Assembly: GCA_048939015.1 (NCBI GenBank)
Contig: JBHLPW010000034.1
Coordinates: 1 to 53,636 of the forward strand
Direction of reading: 5' to 3'
Source of the DNA: Promethearchaeota archaeon
Lineage (GTDB): Archaea > Asgardarchaeota > Lokiarchaeia > Sigyniarchaeales > SOKP01
Length of the DNA stretch: 53,636 bases
Below, one piece after another: positions 20,609 to 29,243 of the stretch. The notes under the pieces were generated by a model. The model was not told the origin of the DNA and did no database searches. It was given only the letters and a program-made list of their open reading frames with translations. A program made the translations under genes and the position numbers. Within the stretch, counting starts at the first letter, position 1, and every line of letters begins with the position of its first letter.

Positions 20609-20789
20609 AATTAATTTTGTATGGTAGCAACAAAATTAAAAGGTTAAGTATTTTGAAATTTACAACAATGGATAAAAAGATTAATATATACAATTAATCT
20701 TAATTTACTAAATATTAGCAGAATAAGAAGTAAATCGGTAATTATGGATTATTTTTTTAACACAACTTATTTTTATGTTATAAAGGTAA

Positions 20790-20852
20790 GCGCTTTTCCT
20801 TGGCAATGTCAATAGTGTCAACGTAACCCTTGAAGGTTACTCCGGAAAACGC
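20790..20852. ncRNA. Candidate structured RNA element (three-way junction)
   Basis: GC-enriched island in an AT-rich intergenic region with three nested stems: GCG(C)TTTTCC/GGAAAACGC, TTGGCA/TGTCAA, GTAACC/GGTTAC. Confidence 0.45.
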
Positions 20853-21112
20853 ATAGATAAGAGAATTGAATGGAGTCTAATTAATAATTTCTTTTGAATA
20901 ATTAGATAATTTATTCTGATAATTGATAAGTATAAGAGTTTCATCAATTCTTGTTTATTAGGTTAGTTATATTTGGATTTATGCTAGCCTAGTTATTGAT
21001 AATAATGTTTAAATAGTGGAGACAATATTTTTATTATATATCATAAAATGTGAATGTTTTTCATAACTGATCAAATAATTATGAGGTGGCTAATTCGCGA
21101 TGACGGATTAGC

Positions 21113-21304
21113 ATGTCAGTATTATACCAACGGCAAAAGAAAAAGAAAAGAAAATATCCACGAAATCGAATTAGCCGGAAGATTATCCACAGGCAGAAAA
21201 TTAAGAAAAGAATCATTAAATCTCGTGGTTGGAAACTCAATTACCCAGAAATATTCGAAATTACTGATGAGTTTCCTTATATTAGAAGAATAAATAAGGA
21301 ATAA
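21113..21304 (+). CDS. Small highly basic (K/R-rich) hypothetical protein
   Basis: 63-aa ORF, QRQKKKKRKYPRNRISRK..., followed by a T-rich terminator-like tract; overlapping frame 21054..21293 is the alternative. Confidence 0.5.
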   Translation: MSVLYQRQKKKKRKYPRNRISRKIIHRQKIKKRIIKSRGWKLNYPEIFEITDEFPYIRRINKE

Positions 21305-21336
21305 ATAATTCCCCTCTTTTTTTTATTTTATTTACT

Positions 21337-23076
21337 TTAATCATTCATCTGATATGCATCTTTTAATGCATGTACTGTGTTCCAGACTCTATTAAATCGT
21401 TCTTCATCTACATTCGGTTTTTTTATCATTTTTAAACACCACTCCATCTGTTCAGGTGTAGCGCTAGATTTTTGATAAAGGTTTAAAGCATATTTCGAAA
21501 AATCTCTCACTAGAAAATCGAATATTTGATCAATAGTATCTTCATCGATGTTATAAATTGGAGCATTTTCTATGATAAGATGAGCATAGACAATAAGAGA
21601 AAAGATCTCACCAATTCCGGAGAGCATAAAATCCATATCTTTTTGTTGTTCAGCGTCTGGAGTAGCTTTGGTTCCTAGAAGATTAAATAGTTTTATTTGT
21701 TCCAAGAAAACCTTAACATTGGGTAAATTATACTTCTCAAAAGCTGGTTTCCAATCGTGAAGGCGGACTCTTCCTAATCCCCGAGCGGGACCTTGATTGA
21801 AAAGGAAATCATCATTCTTTATAGCATCTTGTCTTGGAACTTCTTCATAACTTTTCTGATTCATAAAGAAGCTTAACATAAATTTCAAGATTAAGGCAAT
21901 ATTAACATGAACCGTGCCCTCGAGCTTTGGAAGTGCTCGAATATCTGTAGCTGCATTCTCGAAATACATATCTTTCTCAAACCCTTTTGCTGCTATAACA
22001 TCCCATAAGAGATTAATAACTTCCTCTCCCTGTGTTGTAGTTTTCATTTTCATTACGGGTGCATAAAGTAGATATCGACGATCCTTTTTAGAAGCTACAC
22101 GCATATAATCAGCAGTTCTTAATCCAAATAATTTCATAGCAACTAATCTTGTATACGCATCTACAAAATTCTGTTTAACGTGTTGAAAGTCAGTGACATA
22201 CATATTATATAATCTACGATAAGCGGCATGATGAATAGCTTCATAAAAAGCATGCGTGCAAATACCGATTGAAGCCCATCCTAAATTATATTTCCCAATA
22301 TTCACAGTATTGAGTGAAGCATTCCATGCATTTTCTCCTTTAGAAAGAATGTCATCTTCTGTTATGGGATAATCATGTAAAGCAAAATTGGCTACGTAAT
22401 TTTGGCTGTCGCATACATTTTTTTTCAATTCATAATTTTTGTTTTTATAATTCGCTATGAAAAATACATATTGTTCTTTATTTTTCATGTCATAAGGGGG
22501 TATGTTTCCATCCATATCTGTAAGTTTACCAAAATTAGATACCATCTCCGCTTCGTTACCATTTCCAATATAGTACTTCTCTCCATTAGCTATATAAGTT
22601 TCATCTTCTTGTAATGTAAGTTTCATCTCAGTTCCATAGATATCTGCGCCGTGATCTTTTTCTGAAAGACCAAATGCAAATATAGCCCCTTCTCTAAGTA
22701 ATTGCGCTGCCTTCTTCTTCATGATTTCATTATCGCTCATCCATATGGGTCCAAGTCCCAAAATAGAGACTTGCCAAGTATACCAATAATTAAGCCCATA
22801 AAATGCTAGTACTTCATTATAGTGACTAATACGATAGGTATCCCATCGATAATTGTCATCTTCACTATACTGACGGATAGTGAGAAGCTGAGAAAAAATA
22901 TTATTATTTTTTTGAAACTCAATAAAATCAGAATACCAAACCCTTTCATGATAATCTTCTTTTAATTTAGCTTTCCCCTTATTTTCGAAAAAATCAATAG
23001 TTTTAAGTATTATTTCCTTAGATCTTTCATCAAGATAATAACTATTATACTTCTTAGGGTTTAATAAAATCGTCAT
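21337..23076 (-). CDS. Acyl-CoA dehydrogenase
   Basis: FAFGLSEKDHGAD, NGEKYYIGN, AAKGFE, LPKLEGT. Confidence 0.92.
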   Translation of the reverse strand: MTILLNPKKYNSYYLDERSKEIILKTIDFFENKGKAKLKEDYHERVWYSDFIEFQKNNNIFSQLLTIRQYSEDDNYRWDTYRISHYNEVLAFYGLNYWYTWQVSILGLGPIWMSDNEIMKKKAAQLLREGAIFAFGLSEKDHGADIYGTEMKLTLQEDETYIANGEKYYIGNGNEAEMVSNFGKLTDMDGNIPPYDMKNKEQYVFFIANYKNKNYELKKNVCDSQNYVANFALHDYPITEDDILSKGENAWNASLNTVNIGKYNLGWASIGICTHAFYEAIHHAAYRRLYNMYVTDFQHVKQNFVDAYTRLVAMKLFGLRTADYMRVASKKDRRYLLYAPVMKMKTTTQGEEVINLLWDVIAAKGFEKDMYFENAATDIRALPKLEGTVHVNIALILKFMLSFFMNQKSYEEVPRQDAIKNDDFLFNQGPARGLGRVRLHDWKPAFEKYNLPNVKVFLEQIKLFNLLGTKATPDAEQQKDMDFMLSGIGEIFSLIVYAHLIIENAPIYNIDEDTIDQIFDFLVRDFSKYALNLYQKSSATPEQMEWCLKMIKKPNVDEERFNRVWNTVHALKDAYQMND

Positions 23077-23175
23077 TAGCTTTTTTCCCTTTCTTTAATT
23101 ATACAATTAATTTTAAAAATCGTTAAGAAATTTTAAAAATTTGGATATTTTCTTTTAAATAAGGGTGATGCTCTT

Positions 23176-24132
23176 TTGAATGTTAAAAATGTTGATTTTC
23201 TTCTTACATTTAAATGTCCCGCAAAATGTCAACATTGTAGTTATAAAGCAGGACCAAATCGAGTGGGTTACATAAAACCAAAAGAAGCTTCAAGATATTT
23301 AAAAGAATTGTCAAATATGCACCCTTTAAAATCAGTTTGGGTTCACGGAGGAGAACCATTTCTATATTTCGACTATTTAGTGCATATAATTAAGGAAGCA
23401 AACAAATTGGGTATCATTCGTAAAGGAGTTATTAGTAATAGTTTTTGGGCAAAAAGTATTGAAATTGCTAAAAAAAAATTAATGATATTGAAGAAAGCAG
23501 GATTAATTGCCATAACTTTTAGTTTTGATTTTTTCCATCAAGAATTTATTCCTCTAGAATTTGTCAGAAATGCTTTAATAGCTGCAGTTGATGTTGGATT
23601 TGAAAATATTTATGTGGACAGTTATTTTGTAGATGATATATCTACAGATAATTATTTCAACCAATTTACAAAAAAAAATTTAGAAACTTTAGGGGAAATT
23701 GATGACGTGGAATTTCATAGGTATACTATGGGAGTAGAAGGAAGAGCTACCGAATTAACAGAATATTTAAATCGAAGAGAAAATATACCTTCAGGAAAAT
23801 GTCCAGTCCCATTTTGGATAGAAGGGGACTTTCAAAATCCTGCAACTATTGAAATTGATTGTGAAGGAAATGTTACACTTTGTCCAGGGATTTGTATAGG
23901 GAATACTAATATGCAGTCTCTGACAAGGATTATACAGGAATATAATGTAAATAAACATCCCATTTTATCAATAATTTCAAATGAGGGACCTATAGGATTA
24001 ATAAAACTTGCTGAAGAACACGGTTTTAGTCATGATATAAAGTTTGCTAATGAATGTCATTTATGTTATGAATTAAGGAAATATTTACAACCATTCTACC
24101 CTTACTCTTTAACACCTGAATATTGTTATTAG
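23176..24132 (+). CDS. Radical SAM protein
   Basis: CPAKCQHC (CxxxCxxC), GGEPF, C-terminal CxxC; GGTGA SD before the TTG start. Confidence 0.9.
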   Translation: MNVKNVDFLLTFKCPAKCQHCSYKAGPNRVGYIKPKEASRYLKELSNMHPLKSVWVHGGEPFLYFDYLVHIIKEANKLGIIRKGVISNSFWAKSIEIAKKKLMILKKAGLIAITFSFDFFHQEFIPLEFVRNALIAAVDVGFENIYVDSYFVDDISTDNYFNQFTKKNLETLGEIDDVEFHRYTMGVEGRATELTEYLNRRENIPSGKCPVPFWIEGDFQNPATIEIDCEGNVTLCPGICIGNTNMQSLTRIIQEYNVNKHPILSIISNEGPIGLIKLAEEHGFSHDIKFANECHLCYELRKYLQPFYPYSLTPEYCY

Positions 24133-24258
24133 TCTAATTTCTCAACTTTTAACATATAACTAATTTCAAGAATAATTTCAGCTTTAAAAAATAAATTTAT
24201 TAAAAAATGTTATTTTATGATTTTTGTATAATCCATTTATTATTAAGAGGTAAAAAAT

Positions 24259-24795
24259 ATGTCAAAATCTTCTGGTTTAGCTGTTTTTGCTCTTATAATC
24301 GCATTAGGAGCTTTAGGACTTGGAGTTTACCAAATGTTTTTTGTATCAGCACCCTCCATTGATGAATCTGGAGTGGTACACACATGGCATAATTTATTGT
24401 TGAATACTATAGATGTAAATTCTACCTATGAACCAATAGATCCACTAAATACAACGATTCAAGTTAATTCTGGAGAATGGGTGTATACTTCATTCGCAGG
24501 TAATGCAAAGTTGGATCCTACTGATACATTAAGACATTCACTTATATTTTATTTTGTCGTTGATGGTGACTTTCAAACTCCCGGGTTTGTATATGAAGAA
24601 AATTTAGACAATGCTACTGAAGATGATGTTGATTGGATACCAGTAAGTTTTTATGCAATATTTGATGATTTAGATCCTGGGAGCCATGTAATTTCTGTTC
24701 ACGTTTCAGTCGTTTATAATCCTTGCCCTGCTCAAGTCGGGGGTGTAAATAGCTTTATGGGATCATCCCTACTTATACAAACTCTAATTCCGTAA
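24259..24795 (+). CDS. Membrane-anchored exported beta-sandwich protein (paralog of 24916..25425)
   Basis: N-terminal TM, NxS/T sequons, F.VDG and GSH.I.V motifs shared with the convergent neighbour. Confidence 0.75.
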   Translation: MSKSSGLAVFALIIALGALGLGVYQMFFVSAPSIDESGVVHTWHNLLLNTIDVNSTYEPIDPLNTTIQVNSGEWVYTSFAGNAKLDPTDTLRHSLIFYFVVDGDFQTPGFVYEENLDNATEDDVDWIPVSFYAIFDDLDPGSHVISVHVSVVYNPCPAQVGGVNSFMGSSLLIQTLIP

Positions 24796-24915
24796 ATCCT
24801 ATTTTTTTTTATTTTTAATGAATTGTCATAAAAATTAATTAAACAGAGAATTGATATTTCCAAAATTTACTATTTCTATTTATCTAAAATTATTAAAAAA
24901 AAATAAAATTGAAAA

Positions 24916-25425
24916 TTATGTAAGACTCTGAACAAAGAGAATCTTATCTGATATTTTATTTACATCACTGTTCCCAGATGATACACATACAGTTATGTTA
25001 TGGCTTCCAGCAGTCATGCTTTCTATAAAATGTTGAATATGTACAGAAAAATAATCTTCTGTTGAACCCCCATTTAGATTTCCTACTTCTGTGTATAGGA
25101 TATTATCAAGATTTACTCCATCCACTCTAAAAAAGAAAAATAACGAAGATTTTCCACTTGGAAAAATCACAGCATTACAAGTAAAAGACATATATACAGA
25201 AGCAGTTGAAGTTAATTCAATTGAAATAGTATTATTTATTAATTCAAATACTGTAGCATGGGGATTAACAGTAAATTTAGTATTATCTATCGTGTACCAC
25301 GTTTCAACACTTTCACTTTGTCTCTGTATTGTGTTTAATGAACTCCAAGCAATAAATCCAAATACTAATCCCCCTGCTCCGATTAGAATTCCTATCAAAC
25401 CTAAAACTACTCCAGCTTTTCCCAT
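24916..25425 (-). CDS. Membrane-anchored exported beta-sandwich protein (paralog of 24259..24795)
   Basis: N-terminal TM, FRVDG, AGSHNITV, LFVQSL. Confidence 0.75.
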   Translation of the reverse strand: MGKAGVVLGLIGILIGAGGLVFGFIAWSSLNTIQRQSESVETWYTIDNTKFTVNPHATVFELINNTISIELTSTASVYMSFTCNAVIFPSGKSSLFFFFRVDGVNLDNILYTEVGNLNGGSTEDYFSVHIQHFIESMTAGSHNITVCVSSGNSDVNKISDKILFVQSLT

Positions 25426-25548
25426 TATAATCTACTCTTTAAAATTTTAATTTTTAGTTAATAGTTTTTTGGATAATATGAAGGATTTAAGAAACTCTCG
25501 TTTTAAATATTTATGTTAGAATAATGATAATTTCATCAATTATTAGAT

Positions 25549-26409
25549 TTATTTGAAATCAGGATTCCAATAAATCAGATCAATTTGTTTATCTATGATA
25601 TTGAATCCAAAAGATTTATATAATTCTGTAGCTCGAACATTTTTTACATGTACTCGGAGGCCTGCTTTCTCTTTGCCTAATTTCTTCAATCTTTCAAGAG
25701 CAAATCTCAAAATTATCTTCCCATATCCTTTTGATCTGAATTCTGGTTCAACGCCAATGTTATTTAGATTACTTTGTGAACTTGGAGTTAAATTTAAAAT
25801 TCCAATTCTATCACTCCCTAAATAGGCAAAATAGAGTTCTTGCATATTAGACCATAAATTGAGAAGCATGTCTGGAACTCCAGATAAATTCACAACAGAT
25901 TCTCCCTCATAAGAACCACTTGTAGAAGTGTCTGCTGCTTGTAAAAATTCTCGAACTTTATCTTGTTCAACTTTTTCAAATTTCAGTTGTTCTTGTGGAT
26001 CTGGGATTGTATCTAATCGGCGTTCCATCTTATACCAAGTTGCTTTTTCTTGAAAACCTTGTTCATTGAAAACTTCAATAATTTTATTGTGTTCGCTAGG
26101 TATATTTGGAACAAAAATGTACTTGGGATTAAGACTTTTTCCTTTACTCAAAGCTTTTTTTGCGATTTCATCAATACAAGCCTGTGATTTCTCATTATCT
26201 ATAATCTGTATCATGCAAATTGGAGTTCCAATAGGAGATATTAGATTCACAGGTTCCTTACCATAATAAAATAAGGCAACTGGATTTGATTCACATACTA
26301 AGAGCCAATATTCTAATCCCATAGCTTCATATGTCTGAACAAATTTGACTATTTTATCTCGGAATTGCTCGATTTCAGTTTCTTTATGTGAGATAATTCT
26401 TAAGTTCAT
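25549..26409 (-). CDS. GNAT family N-acetyltransferase (two-domain)
   Basis: IGVEPEFRSKGYGK acetyl-CoA motif, N.RA..LYKSFGF. Confidence 0.9.
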   Translation of the reverse strand: MNLRIISHKETEIEQFRDKIVKFVQTYEAMGLEYWLLVCESNPVALFYYGKEPVNLISPIGTPICMIQIIDNEKSQACIDEIAKKALSKGKSLNPKYIFVPNIPSEHNKIIEVFNEQGFQEKATWYKMERRLDTIPDPQEQLKFEKVEQDKVREFLQAADTSTSGSYEGESVVNLSGVPDMLLNLWSNMQELYFAYLGSDRIGILNLTPSSQSNLNNIGVEPEFRSKGYGKIILRFALERLKKLGKEKAGLRVHVKNVRATELYKSFGFNIIDKQIDLIYWNPDFK

Positions 26410-26492
26410 ATTTATCTAAAAATATTAAAGGAATTTGAAGTTATTTATTATTAAGCGTATTAAAAATAAATTAATAATAATTTCTCAAGACA

Positions 26493-28436
26493 ATGAGTTA
26501 TAATATAATATTAGAAGGAAATCCTGGTGAAGAAAAGTTTTTGTTAGGCAATGAAGCTATTGTTCGTGGTGCCATAGAAAGTGGTGTTGATATCTATACA
26601 TATTACCCAGGTACCCCTAGTTCTGAAGTTGGAGCAACTTTTATGTCTATTTTCAGAAATGCAGGTTTGAAATGGGTAGAATGTAGTATTAACGAAAAAG
26701 TGGCAATCGAAGTTGCTGGTGCTGCATACGCTAGAGGTGCCGCTGCTATGGTCGGTATGAAAAATGTAGGATTAAATGTTGCCTCAGATCCTTTATTTGC
26801 TCTCTCTACAACTCGTCCTAAAAATGAAAATTCAGCTATGGTTATTTTAGTGGCTGATGACCCACAACAATATTCGAGTGCAGTAGAAATGGATTCTCGC
26901 AATTATTTAAAGCTTTTTAAAATACCCGCTTTAGAACCAACTAATCCACAGGAATGTCTGGACTTTACTAAAGAAGCATTTCAGATATCAAGAAAATTAA
27001 AGCTCCCTGTTATATTAAGGACAGTTACGATGGTTTCCCATGCCAGGAGTAATGTTAATATTGGAGAAATAAAAAAGTCTGGACTTAAAGATGATTTTGA
27101 TTTATCAAAAGAAGTAAATGTAGCATCAAGACTCTATTTTTTAGAAATGAAGGAAGATCAAATTTATAATAGAATGAAAAAAGCACTAGAAATGTCTGAA
27201 AGCAGCACCTTAAACAGAATTGAAAATGATGATGGTATAAACGAGTATAAGTTAGGAATTATAACTAGTGGAGTATCCTATAGCTATGTACTCGAAGCAT
27301 TAGAGTTTCTTAAATTAGATGCCCCTATTCTCAAAATTGGGTTTATAAATCCCCTTCCAGAGAAAAAAATTGTGAGGTTTCTTGAAAAATGCAGCCAGGT
27401 ACTTATTGTAGAAGAAAACGATCCATATCTTGAAACTCAAGTTTTAGCAATTGCTCAGAAAAATAATCTCAAAATAGTACTTCATGGGAAAGATCCATTT
27501 TCTTATTCTAAAGATAAATCTTTACTACCTTTTGTGGGAGAATTAAATCCTACTTTAATTGTTATAGCATTAAAAAAAATAACCAATTTAAAAGCTAAAG
27601 TTGATTTAAACGAGATTATCAAGAAAGAATATGACATTTTAGAAAGGAAGCCAATGATGTGTGCTGGTTGTCCCCACAGGACAACAGGATATGCCCTGCA
27701 ACAAGCAGTTAGGAAAATTAAATCAAAATCGGGAAAACTAATCTACTTCTACCAAGATATTGGATGTTATACTCTTTTAGCTCTTCCTCCATATTCTTTT
27801 GCTAATGTTAAGTATTGTATGGGTTCAAGTATCGCCTTAGCCCAAGGAGTTTCTCAAACAAGTGATAGTTTAAATATTGCAATTATTGGTGATGGCACTT
27901 TTTTTCACTCTGGAATTCCAGCGCTCTTAAATGGAATTTATAATAAAGCTGCGATTTTAGTACTAATACTAGATAATGGCTGGATCGGAATGACTGGCCA
28001 ACAAGCTCATCCAGGTAGTGATACTCGTTATTATAAGGAGGGAAATCTTAAAAAAAGGATTGAATTAGAGGATTTCCTAAAAGGAACCGGAGCAGAAGTG
28101 ACAGTAATTCATCATTATGAAGATCTACATGTTGAATATACTTCACAATTAAGAAATCTCATATTTGAAAAAGGTATAGAGGTTTTAGAAAATAAGTCTC
28201 TTCAAGTAATTCTCATAAAAGATGAATGTATTCAAAAAGCAGTAAAAAGACAAACGAAAATAAAAAGATATGTTAATCCTGAATTATGTAATAATTGTGG
28301 TGTCTGTTATAGTCAATATGCATGTTCTGCTATTGAACAAAGAGATAACTGTGCTTTTATAGATTCCAGTTTATGCTTGGGGTGTGGTATTTGTGAAGAA
28401 TTATGTGCTAATAACGCTATTTATAGGGAGGATTGA
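26493..28436 (+). CDS. iorA: Indolepyruvate:ferredoxin oxidoreductase alpha subunit
   Basis: GNEAIVRGA, YPGTPSSE, NEKVA, K.VGLNVA.D, CAGCPH, DIGCY, GDGTF.HSG, LDN..GMTGQQ, C-terminal ferredoxin. Confidence 0.95.
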   Translation: MSYNIILEGNPGEEKFLLGNEAIVRGAIESGVDIYTYYPGTPSSEVGATFMSIFRNAGLKWVECSINEKVAIEVAGAAYARGAAAMVGMKNVGLNVASDPLFALSTTRPKNENSAMVILVADDPQQYSSAVEMDSRNYLKLFKIPALEPTNPQECLDFTKEAFQISRKLKLPVILRTVTMVSHARSNVNIGEIKKSGLKDDFDLSKEVNVASRLYFLEMKEDQIYNRMKKALEMSESSTLNRIENDDGINEYKLGIITSGVSYSYVLEALEFLKLDAPILKIGFINPLPEKKIVRFLEKCSQVLIVEENDPYLETQVLAIAQKNNLKIVLHGKDPFSYSKDKSLLPFVGELNPTLIVIALKKITNLKAKVDLNEIIKKEYDILERKPMMCAGCPHRTTGYALQQAVRKIKSKSGKLIYFYQDIGCYTLLALPPYSFANVKYCMGSSIALAQGVSQTSDSLNIAIIGDGTFFHSGIPALLNGIYNKAAILVLILDNGWIGMTGQQAHPGSDTRYYKEGNLKKRIELEDFLKGTGAEVTVIHHYEDLHVEYTSQLRNLIFEKGIEVLENKSLQVILIKDECIQKAVKRQTKIKRYVNPELCNNCGVCYSQYACSAIEQRDNCAFIDSSLCLGCGICEELCANNAIYRED

Positions 28437-29017
28437 TTATGAATTTTAATAACTTTACTATTGTAATTACTGGTTTGGGAGGACAGGGTTCAATTCGTTT
28501 ATTACAGATTTTAGGTCAAAGCTTGGTATCTAATGGATTTAAAGTCATAACTTCCGAAACTCATGGTTTAAGTCAGAGAGGTGGTAATGTAACATGCTTT
28601 CTACGGTTTGGAAATAAGTTGAATTCTCCAATACCTTTGATAGGATCAGCAGATATGATAATTGCTTTAGAAGAAAGTAGTATTTTAAATGTACTAAAAT
28701 ACGCTAAGGGCGATAAAAGTACTTTATTAGTCATTTCTACTTATGAAAAAAAATTAAGGAGCATAGAATATCCTCCTTTACCATCTTTATTAAAGATTCT
28801 CTTTGAAATCTCAGATAAATTCTATTTTATACCAGCTTCGGAAATAACTTTAAAATTTACAGGAGATCTAAAATATATGAATATTCTTATTTTAGGTTAT
28901 ATCTTAAGATTTTTACCAATTGATAGAGAAAAGGTTGATAACATATTAAGAAAAAGTTTTTCGGGGAAAACGTACCAAACAAATATGGAAATGCTTGATC
29001 AAGGGATAGACTTATAA
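28433..29017 (+). CDS. iorB: Indolepyruvate:ferredoxin oxidoreductase beta subunit
   Basis: TGLGGQG, SETHGLSQRGG; overlaps the iorA stop. Confidence 0.93.
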   Translation: MIMNFNNFTIVITGLGGQGSIRLLQILGQSLVSNGFKVITSETHGLSQRGGNVTCFLRFGNKLNSPIPLIGSADMIIALEESSILNVLKYAKGDKSTLLVISTYEKKLRSIEYPPLPSLLKILFEISDKFYFIPASEITLKFTGDLKYMNILILGYILRFLPIDREKVDNILRKSFSGKTYQTNMEMLDQGIDL

Positions 29018-29243
29018 TTTAAGTATTTAATCTTCACTTTAAAGAATTTATTAAAAGTAAATCAATTATTTAACATTAATATTTATGAGAAGTCTAATTT
29101 GTTCCTTGAAAAAAAGGAATATCCATTAAATTATTATTAGAATATTTAAATATTATTATAAGACACTTAATTTTATAGGTTTGAAATTTTTTTATTATTT
29201 CAAAAATATTATATTCTAATTCTAAGGGTAGATTATCATTTCT

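Noticed and set aside
20790-20852. tRNA, SRP RNA, SECIS or hammerhead identity for the structured element
   Set aside because: Only three stems with no anticodon arm; too short for SRP RNA and no helix 8 motif; no tandem GA quartet; no CUGANGA core
24916-25425. Type IV pilin/archaellin (class III signal peptide)
   Set aside because: The N-terminus fits the cleavage consensus poorly and there is no assembly ATPase or prepilin peptidase nearby
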